Source: Hypanus sabinus (taxonomy: Eukaryota). From it: a stretch of 64,000 bases of DNA. The notes under the pieces were generated by a model that searched no databases, was not told the DNA's origin, and was given only the letters and a program-made list of their open reading frames with translations. Position 1 is the stretch's first letter. Each line of letters begins with the position of its first letter. Shown one piece after another: positions 50,435-61,000 of this stretch. Position numbers and translations under genes: made by a program. Location of the stretch: the NCBI RefSeq assembly GCF_030144855.1, contig NC_082731.1, positions 21,080,001 to 21,144,000 on the forward strand. The letters are read 5' to 3'.

Positions 50435-53400
50435 AAGGAATGCGGGCTAGCCGCCAATGCTCGTGGAGAATGCTGTCAACAAATTTCACTTGCTCATCGA
50501 GATAGAAGGTGCGCACAAATTGACTCGGAGTTTAACGTAGTTTGTATGCAGCTAAAGCTGCAACAACAGTCATTACTCTTTCCTAACGTGCAATTCCCGG
50601 CAGCAGGCAGTGATGGCAGAATTGACCAGAAAAGTAAAAATGATCATGCAGCACAGCCAATGTTCACTTGCAGCCTCTGAAGGTAGCTTTTCTCTGAATA
50701 ACTTACCAATTTGTTACGCTGATGGAAGTTTCGATTATCTGTTTGTGGCATGAAGGTGTCACTGAGTTTCAAGTCGTATCGCAGGATCAAGAACGACATT
50801 TTCCACTAGAAGGCAGCAAAACTGAAGTGCTTCGCTCACTTGGACTGCTCATTCTTCGGTTTTCATTGAAGCTTCCTCGTTGGCTTGGTATTCGCAAAGT
50901 TACTATTTTTTTAATATAATTCTGACGTGGAATGAAAATAAGCAATTTACCTCATGAACTGCAGTCCAACAAAAGTCTCGTATTTTTTGAAGAGATTTTC
51001 TCTCGTAAACCTGGGCTGAAAACTCCCGATGATCGAGCTGGTCGATATAACCGATGGATATATACAACAAGAAAAATGCCAGGATGTTAACAATTCCTCC
51101 TTTCGCAGAATGTTGACTTTAATCGGCAAATTTCCAGTGTAATTTATATTAATTTGTTACACAATTACTTTCTGAGTTAGTCACTCAAAAATAAACAAAC
51201 ATACAAGAATGATATGTTGTTTCTTTGGATTGATTGGCTGGGTATGATGTTTTACCATCCCAGTGAAGTCTTGCACATGTTATGATGAATGATTCACTAC
51301 TCGCAGAGATCAAAAAGCAAGTCTCGCATTTTGGGAGAATTTGAGGTCTTCGCCTTGATGTGATTTGTGCGTTGTTCATCATCGGCAAGGATAAAGCGAT
51401 CCTTAATTATCATAAAATCTTATGGTATCGGAAGTAAACAAAATCCCCATTAAGAGAGGCAGAGTGGAAAATTGCGAATCAGTTCTATTTAATCCAATCG
51501 TCGATTGTCGGACCATCAGGAAACACCTACCTCAGGTGTTAGGTTTCTATCTGTGACGTTCTTGAGAGCATAAACTTGGAAAGTGCACTCCACCTCGCAT
51601 TGTGTTACAGCATCTCAGATATAAACATATAATGATTCAAAAACATTTTCAGCTGAATTTGAAGTGCTTTCTTTTATTAAAGAGCGATCTCATATTGTTC
51701 CTACGATGTCAAAAAAGAACGGACGAAGAAGGGAACGGGTTCAATCTGTCCTTGTAAAGTGACAAATGGTATGTTGTACAGGAGATTCATCATGATGAAT
51801 TCTAGTACTTCTATGTCTTGACTCTTTGTACTTCTCTAAATACGATCACGTATCAGGTCAGCACATGGTCTCGTTTATTATTACAGGTTCGAAGTTAGAG
51901 GTGCTGTACAGTTTAATATCAACCTATGGGAAAGACAATATGCCGCGTCCTGTATTTCAAAAAAGAAAGGGAACTTGAAACAAATATCCACAAGATGAGA
52001 CAGCATCAGTTCAGTACCCATAATATTTCATGCTATTCGTCATACAACTGATAATCTGTTCCAATCTATTACGAAGGAGTGTAATATGCAGTGCAATGGC
52101 CACAGTGCAATCGACATCCGAGGACTAAAAATAATTCTTAAAGTGCCCTGTACCATAAAGAGAAGATTAGCTAATATACGGAATTAATCTAATATTAGTA
52201 AAAGTTGTGTGAATATTTTCGCTGTATTTTTTTTTTTGCTTCTGCTCCTATAATGACACCTATGGAAGACGTTTTCCAATCTTTAACACACGGGTCTCAT
52301 ATGATGCACTATTAGGTAAGGCATACATTCAGGGAGATCTGGCAAACGGAACATAATGAATTCATAATGTAAATGCTTGTGTGCCTCGCGACTGTTTAAT
52401 TTTCTATTTTGACGAAGCATTCTATCCATAGAACACACAACGAAACTAGAAAACATGGTTAATATGCTAATAAAGTTAATGAAATTCATCATTCCATCAT
52501 TCATTATTAGCTATGACAAAGAAAAAGCGGCAGTAAAAAGAAGAGAGATCCAGTGTATAACAACGTCCCAAATGAAATATAGCATTTCATTTTAGAAATA
52601 TGAGTGAACGAGTTATGAAATCTGAAAATATTCTTAACGTCCAACTAAGATATTAATAACAATCATCGTTCATACTAAATTTGTCGATTTCAGTGGATAA
52701 GCGTGGTAAGTTCATTTAAAAGACTCAGTATTCTTGATAGGTTGAGACGTGTATGTTGAGCTATTTCGAGGCTCTTTTTATAAGTGCTTCAAATAAAAGT
52801 ACAATGTTCCCGACAATCAAGACGCATCATGTCAACGCTGTTCAGATTGAATTATCTAAATTCTGAGAGGAAACTCTATTCATATTGCCAATTATACAGT
52901 GCTTTGACCTGAGGATGTGGTCAAACCAAATATATCGAGTTATTCCCCTTATTTGTATGAGAACAAACGTAAACTGTGGGTAAATGCATGGGAATATGAC
53001 TCGGAAACACCGCTGGTTCTAACTTTTAGAAACATAAAGAATTCGGCGAATACGATTACACAGCGTTTATTTGTGACACAATCTGACACTGGAGTTTCAG
53101 CAGGTAAATCTCTCGTGTGGTAATAAAAGAAATGACATACAACTCAACGATCCAGCAAAGTGGGGGTAAATCTTTGACTGAAATCAAAAGCCAGATAATT
53201 GCTTCTGAGTTATTTGACTAAACAATGGCTTCTTCGCATATTGGAGTATAATGTTTATAGGGAGATGTGCGATTGCTGTGCCAAAGTTTGGTCCCAATCT
53301 ATGTGAAAGCAACATTTAAAAAGATTTCAGTATCCGTACCACTGATTGGGCCAGCATCAGATATGGAAAATAACAATATTCGGATAAAATCAGTAACAGA

Positions 53401-53615
53401 GGAATCACTGAAAATGAATTGGCTTTGATGACAGTTACAGCCATCGAAGAGCAAAAACAGTCATTGAAAAAGCCACGTGGATACGTCACTAGTAATAGAA
53501 ACTTGCAATGATATTGTAGGAAATCATTGGACAAAGCCAGTGCAGTTCAAATAGCATCTAAGATCGTCTTGATTTGTTCACCCTCTATCGAGCTTTTGTG
53601 GAAACTCTGAAAGTG

Positions 53616-53653
53616 GGTTTTTGTTCGAGATAATTGAGTTTTTCAACACCGTG
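53616..53653 (-). other. V5 RSS with a 22-nt spacer
   Basis: Identical to the V4 RSS. Heptamer 53653-53647, nonamer 53624-53616. Confidence 0.95.
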
Positions 53654-54127
53654 TGCTCATCGCGCAGAGGTACGTGGCTGAATCAGAGATTATAGCGTTC
53701 TTAATCGAGAGTTCCGAAAATTTTTTACTTTTATTATAGGAAGCAGATAATCTTTTGGTTACACCTTCATTTCTCTTCACTGTTCCTGTGATGATCCGAA
53801 TCAAAAACTGCGGTCGTTGTCGGGGTCGCTGCCTGTACCAGAAAACATTCGGGTTTGAATAGCTTGTATGAATTGTACAGTTTATGATAATATTACTTTC
53901 TTCTTCGTTCGTCATTGAATCCAATGGCTGTTCCACTGAGTCTTGAAGGCTCCAGTCTGATAGAGAAATAAAATATAGATCATCAGCTCTACTTGAAACA
54001 AAATGTTTACATAAATAGAAAATAAAACGTGTTTACAGAAATTAGCGACGCCCAGAATAATACAGTGAAAGAACATCTTACCCAGAAGAAACACAATAAT
54101 GAAGACCGGCGTGAGAGAATTCTTCAT
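53654..54127 (-). CDS. TRAV: TCR alpha/delta-type V segment V5, apparently intact
   Basis: Leader 54127-54082 (MKNSLTPVFIIVFLL), V exon 53956-53654, open frame with C23, W41 and C104. CCAAT at 54217-54221. Confidence 0.94.
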
Positions 54128-57100
54128 AATCACTCTGTTTTAGTCTGACAGTACTCCCGTGACCACAGAGTGGGGACATTGCCAGAGTAGAAATACATAT
54201 ACCTTTGCCAAACGGACCAATCACAATAGGCAACGCACCGTGTTAAATCTCGATGACGCAATGGAAAAAAAAGACATTCAGACGCAGTGCAGGAAATGAA
54301 ATTTTGCCAAGGCGTTCGTAGGAGCGGTTAGCAAAGGGGTCAGATGCTTTCTTTGCTAAAAAAGGAACCGCAGCGCCTCTCAAAGGCGAAGGAATGCGGG
54401 GTAGCCGCCAAAGCTCGTGGAGAATGCTGTCAACAAATATCGCTTACTCATCGAGATAGAAGTAGCGAACAAATTGAATCGGAGGTTAACCAACTTCGGA
54501 TGCAGCTAAAGCTGCAATATCAGTCGTTACTCTTTTCTATCGTGCATTTCTGGCAGAATGTAGAGGTGGCAGAATTGACCTGAAAAGTAAAAATGATCAT
54601 GCAGCACACCCAATGTTCACTTGCAGCCTCTGAAAGTAGCTTTTCTCTGAATAACTTACCAATTACTTACGCGGATGGAAGTTGTTATTATCTGTTTCTG
54701 GCATGAAGGAGTCACTGAGTTTCAGGTCGTATCGTCAGAACAAGAACGACATTTTCCACTAGATGGCAGCAAAACTGAAATAATTCGCTCACTTGGACTG
54801 CTCATTCTTCGATTTTTACAGAAGCTTCCTCGCTGGTTCGGTGCTCACAAAGTTACTGTTTTTTTTTTTTTAAATATGATTCACATGTGGAATGAAAATA
54901 AGCAATTTACCTCGTGAACTGCAGTCCAACAAAAGTCTCGTATTTTTTGAAGAGATTTTCTCTCGTAAACCTGGGCTGAAAACTCCCGATGATCGAGCTG
55001 GTCGATATAACCGATGGATATATACAACAAGAAAAATGCCAGGATGTTAACAATTCCTCCTTTCGCAGAATGTTGACTTTAATCGGCAAATTTCCAGTGT
55101 AATTTATATTAATTTGTTACACACTTACATTCTGAGTTAGACACTCAGAAATAAACAAACATACCAGAATGATATGTTGTTTCTTGTGATTAATTGGCTG
55201 GGTATGATGTTGTACCATCCCAGTGAAGTCTTGCACATGTTATCATGAATGATTCACTACTCGCAGAGATCAAAAAAGCAAGTCTCGCAGTTTGGGAGAA
55301 TTTGAAGTCTTGGCCTTGAAATGTTTTGTGTGTTGTTCATCATCAGCAAGAATACAACGATCTTTAATTATCATAAAATCTTATGGTATAGGAAGTAAAC
55401 AAAATTCCCATTAAGAGAGGCAGAGTGGAAAAATGCAAGTCTATTCTATTGAATCCAATCTTCCATCCTGTGACCATCAGGAAACACCTACCACAGGTGT
55501 TAGGTTTCTATGTTTGAAGTTCTCGGAGGCTTAGAATTGGAAAGTGCACTCGACCTCGCATTGTGCTACAGCATCTCAGATATCAACATATAATGATTCA
55601 AAAACCTTTTCAGCTGAATTTGAAGTGTTTTCTTTTATTAAAGGGCGATCTCATATTATACATATGTTGTCAAAAAAGAAGGGAGCGGGTTCAATCTGTC
55701 CTTGTAAAGTGACAAATTGTATGTTGTACAGGAGATTCTTCATGATGAATTCTAGTACTATTTATTTGACTCTTTGTACATCTTTAATTACGATCACGTA
55801 TCAGGTCACAGCATGGCCACGTTTAATATTACACGTTCGAAGTTAGTGGTGCTGTAGAGTTTAATGTAAATCTATGGTAAAGACAACATACCGCGTCCTC
55901 AATTTCACAAAAGAAAGGGAACATGAAACAAACATCCATAAGATGAGACAGCATCATTTCAGTACCAATAAGATTTCATGCTATTCGTCATAAACCTGAT
56001 AATCTGTTCCAATCTATTACGAAGCAGTGTAATATGTAGAGCACTGGCCACAGTGCAATCGACATCCGAGTACTAAAAAGATTTGTTAAAGAGCCCTGTA
56101 CCATAAAGCGAAGATTAGCTAATATACGGAATTAATCTAATATTAGCAAACGTTGTGAGAATATTTTCACTATATATTTTTTTTGCTTCTGCTCCTATAC
56201 TGACACCTATGGAAGACGTTTTCCAATCTTTAACACTCGGGTCTCAGATGATGCTCTCTTAGGTAAGGCATACATTCAGGGAAATCTGGAAAATGGAACA
56301 TAATGAATTTATTAAGTAAATACATGTGTGCTTCGCGACTGTTCAATTTTCTGTTTTGACGAAGTATTCTAACCATAGAACACACAACAAAACTAGAAAA
56401 CATGGTTAATATGCTAATAAAGTTAATGACATTCATCATTCCGGCATTCTCTATTAGCTATGATAAAAAAAAGCGACAGTAAAAAAAAAAGCGAGCGTCA
56501 GTGAATAAGAACGTCCTAAATGAAATATAGCTTTTCATTTAGGAAATATGTAATGACGAGTTATGAAATCTGAAAATATTCTAATCGTTCAACTAAGATA
56601 TTAATAACAATCATCGTTCATATTAAATTTGTCGATTTTAGTGGATAATCTCCGTAGGTTCATTCAAAATACTCAGTATTCTTGATAGGTTGAGACGAGT
56701 ATGTTGAGCAATTTAGAGGCTCATTTTATAAGTGCTTCAAATAAAGGTACAATGTTCAAGATAATCAGGACGCATGATGTCAATGCTGTTCAGATTAAAT
56801 TATATAAATTCTGAGAGCAAGCGCTATTCATATTGCCAATTATACAGTGCTCAGACTTCTGGATGTGGTCAAACCAAATATATCGAGATCTTTTTCTTAT
56901 TTGTATGAGAACGAACGTATACTGTAGGTAAACGCATGGGATGATGACGCGGAATCACCGCTCGTTCTAACTTTTAGAAACAAAAAGAACTCGGCGAATA
57001 CGATTACACAGCGTTTATTTGAGAGACAATCATCCGCTGGTGTTTAAGCAGGTAATCCTCTCGCGTGGTAATAGAAAAAAACGACATTCAACACAACGAT

Positions 57101-57562
57101 CCAGCAAAGTGCTAGTAAATCTTTGACTGAAATCAAAAGACAGATAATTGCTTCTGAGTGATTTGACTAAACAATGGCTTCTTAGCATATTGGAGTATAA
57201 TGTTGATTGGGAGATGTGCGATTGCTGTGCCAAAGTTTGGTCCCAATCTATGTGAAAGCAAAATTTAAAATGATTTCTGCATCCGTTCGACTGATTGTAT
57301 CAGCTTCAGATGTGAAATATCAATATTCAGATAAATTCAGTAACAGAGGAATCACTGAAATTGTAGAGGCTTTGATGACAGTTACAGCCATCGGAGAGCA
57401 AAAACAGTCAATGAAAATGCCAAGTGGATTCGTCACGAGAGATAGAAGCTCGCTGTAACATCCTAGGAAATCATTGGACAAAGCCAAAGCAGTTCAGATA
57501 GCATCTCAGATCGTCTTGATTTGTTCGCCCTCTATCGAGCTCCTGAGGAAACAGTGAAAGTG

Positions 57563-57600
57563 GGTTTTTGTTCGAGATAATTGAGTTTTTCAACACCGTG
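57563..57600 (-). other. V6 RSS with a 22-nt spacer
   Basis: Identical to the V4 and V5 RSS. Heptamer 57600-57594, nonamer 57571-57563. Confidence 0.95.
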
Positions 57601-58074
57601 TGCTCATCGCGCAGAGGTACGTGGCTGAATCTGAGATTATACCGTTCTTAATCGAGAGTTTCGTATATTTTTTACTGATATTATAGGAAGCAGATAATCT
57701 TTCGGTTACATCTTCATTTCTCTTCTCATTTCCTGCGATGATCCGAATCAAAAACTGCGGTCGTTGTCGGGGGTACTGCCTGTACCAGAAAACATACGGG
57801 TTTGCAGAGCTTGTATGTATAGTACAGTTTAGGATAATATTATTTTCTTCTTCGATCGTCATTGAATCCAATGACTGTTCCACTGAGTCTTGAAGGCTGC
57901 AGTCTAACAGAGAAATAAGTTATAGATCATAAGCTCTACTTGAAACAAAAGTTTTACATAAATAGATAATAAAACGTTTTTACAGAAATTAGCGACGTCC
58001 AGAACAATACAGTGAAAGAACATCTTACCCAGAAGAAACACAATAAGCAAGACCGACGTGAGAGAGTTCTTCAT
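57601..58074 (-). CDS. TRAV: TCR alpha/delta-type V segment V6, apparently intact
   Basis: Leader 58074-58029 (MKNSLTSVLLIVFLL), V exon 57903-57601 (..LNCT..FWYRQYP..SDSATYLCAMS). CCAAT at 58167-58171. Confidence 0.94.
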
Positions 58075-61000
58075 AATCACTCTATTTCAGTCTCTATAGT
58101 ACTCCCGTGACCACAGACTGGGGAGTCATTGCCAGAGTAGAAATACATATACCTTCGCCAAACGGACCAATCACAACAGGCAACGCACCGTGTTTAATCT
58201 CGAAGACGCAATGGAAAAAACAAAAACAAACAGACGTTTAGACGCAGTGCAGGAAACGGAATTTTGCCAAGACGATCGCAGGAGCGGTGAACAAAGGTGT
58301 CAGATACTTCCTTTGCTTATATAAGCACCGCAGCGCCTCTCAAAGGCGAAGGAATGCGGGGCAGCCCCCAATGCTTGTTGAGAATGCTGTCAACAAATTT
58401 CACTTGCTCATCGAGATAGAAAGTGCGAACAAATTGACTCGGAGTTGAATGTACTTTGGATGGAGCTAAAGCTGCAATTACAGTCATTACTCTTTCGTAA
58501 CCTGCATTTCCCGGCAGAATGCAGAGATGGCAGAATTGATCTGAAAAGTAAAAATGAACATGCAGCACAACGAAAGAAATTTTGAACTGTTCACATGTAG
58601 CCTCTTAAAGTAGCTTTTCTCTGGATAACCTACCAATTAATTATGCGGATGGAAGTTGTGATTGCTCGCTTATAGGCTGTTGTGGCATGAAGGAGTCACT
58701 GAGTCTCAGGTCGTATCGCAGGAACAAATATGACATATTCTACCAGATGACAGCAAAGCTGAACTAATTCGCTCATTTGAACTGCTCATTCTTCGATATT
58801 CGCAGAAGCCTCCTCGCTAGGTTGATGTTCCCAAGTTCACTGATTTTTTTGTAAAATAATCGTCATGTGGAATATAAATAAGTAATTTACCTCATGAACT
58901 GCAGACCAACAGAATTCTCGTATTTCATGAAGTGATTTTCTCTCAGAAACCTGTGCTGAAAACTCTCGATGATCAATTTGGTCAATATAAAGGATCGATA
59001 TATACGTAGAGAAAACTGACAGGATATAAAACAATTCCTCCTTTCGCAGAATGTTGACATTAATCAGCAAATTTCCGGGGTAATTTAAATTAATTTGTTA
59101 CCTGCTTATTGTGAGTTAGAAACTCAGAAATAAACAAACAAACCAGAACGATATGTTGTTTCTTGTGATTGATTGGCTGGGTATGATGTTGTACCATCTC
59201 AGTGAAGTCTTCCGCATGCTATGATAAATGATTCAGCAGTCGCAGAGATCAAAAAACAAGTCTCGTAGTTTGGGAGAATTTGAGGTCTTTGCCTTGGGGT
59301 GTTGTGTGTGTTGTTCATGATCGGCAAGAATAAAGCGATCCTTAATTATCATAAAATCTTTTGGTATCGGAAGTAAACAAAATCCCCATTAAGAGAGGCA
59401 GAGTGGAAAAATGCAACTCTATTCTATTGAATACAATCGTCGATTGTATGACCTTCAGGAAACAACTACCACGGGTGTTAGCTTTCTATCTGTGACGTTC
59501 TTGAGAGCATAGACTTGGAAAGTGCACTCCACCTCACATTGTGTTACAGCATCTCAGATACCAGCATACTCTGATTCAAAAACTTCTTCAACTAAATTTG
59601 AAGTATTTTTTTTTATTAAAGGGCGATCTCATTTTATGCATATGACGTGAAAAAAGAACAGACGTAGAAAGGAACGGGTTCAATCTGTCCTTGTAAATTG
59701 ACAAACGGTATGTTGTACAGGAGATTCTTCATGATGAATTCTAGTACTTCTATGTATTTGACTCTTTCTACATCTTTAAATAGGATCACGTAGCAGGGCA
59801 CCACATGGTCACGTTTAATATAACACGTTGCAAGTTAGTGGTGCTGTAGAGTTTAATGTAAACCTGTGCTAAATACAACATACAGCGTCCTCAATTTCAC
59901 AAAAGAAAGAGAACTTGAAACGGACATCCACAAGATGAGACAGCAGTTGTGCAGTGCCCAATAAAGTTCATGCTATTCCTCATACAACTGATAATTTTTC
60001 CAACCTATTACGAAGCAGTGTAATATATAGAGCAGTGGCCACAATGCAATCGACATCCGAGTGTTAAACATAATTCTTAAAGAGTTCTGCAGCATAAAGA
60101 GAAGATTAGCTGATATATGGAATTAATCTAATATTAGCAAACGTTGTGAGAATATTTTCGCTGTAATACTTTTTTGCTTCTGCTCCTATAATGACACCTA
60201 TGGAAAAGGATTGCGGATCTTTAACACACGGGTCTCATATGATGCACTCTCAGGTAACGAATACATCCAGGGAGATCTGAAAATTGGAAAATAAATAATT
60301 TATAAATACTTGTGTACCTCATGACTGTTTCATTTTCTGTTTTGACGAAACACACTATCCATAGAACTCACAACAACTTGAAAACATGGTTAATACGTTG
60401 ATAAAATTAAAGAAAGTCAGCATTCCCTCATTCACTGATAGATATGACAAAGAGCAAATGGTAAAAAAGAAAATGAAACGTTTGTGTTAGTCAATGACAA
60501 CGTCCCAAATTAAATAAGACATTTAATAGTGAATTCAACACAATTGTTAAGTGAATATGTTCCCTTGATTCAGAATGAATTATTTAATTGTCATCTAATT
60601 GCTGCAAACTTATATTTCTTCCTCTGCTGCTGTTTGTTCTTTTTTATGTCTTTTATTCAAATCGATCAGCTGGACAATGTCTTCAAGGTAAATTTGAATA
60701 AACTGTTAAGACCACCATAAGCTTTGACCTAGCAAGTAGAACTTATTTCTTTTTCTCTGGACGTCCAAAAACGAGCGAGTATGAATTATAAATAGCGGAC
60801 AACATTTTATGGTTTGCTACTCAAAGGCTACCTCGTCGATTGAATATATAATACAGACATAAAATAATTATTAATGCATAAGTAACACTTATAATGAATA
60901 AGTAACTCTTACTGACTAAGTATCATAAATAGAAAAATATATAAACACATAAACGAAAGGTCAGTAAATAAGAAAATGGGATGGCTCAAAAAATAAATAA

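Larger units (their letters stand above)
47270..60520. repeat. Tandem triplication of a ~3.95-kb V cassette (units about 47270-52605, 52606-56553, 56554-60520)
   Basis: Units are colinear by eye. V5 to V6 is 3947 bp; V4 to V5 is 5337 bp because unit 1 carries a ~1.37-kb CR1+hAT insertion. Confidence 0.93.

Noticed and set aside
24637-56055. D or J segments at perfect heptamers (24637, 27243, 41397, 52101, 56049)
   Set aside because: None has a nonamer at 12 or 23 nt, and no FGxG J motif with a splice donor follows.
24746-58074. IgH, IgL, IgNAR or NAR-TCR cluster
   Set aside because: No D, J or C follows any V within its cassette, each V has its own leader, and the motifs (FWYRQ, FLIR, YLCAMS) are TCR-alpha-like. 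No leaderless supporting V was seen.
50700-60450. Recurring short ORFs in the cassettes (for example MPIKVNILRKEELL..) as a small gene family
   Set aside because: They recur only because the DNA is triplicated. They have no recognisable domains, use alternative starts, and break differently in each copy.
47270-60520. Triplication as an assembly artefact
   Set aside because: The units differ at roughly 8-10% of sites and have private indels and a unit-specific insertion.
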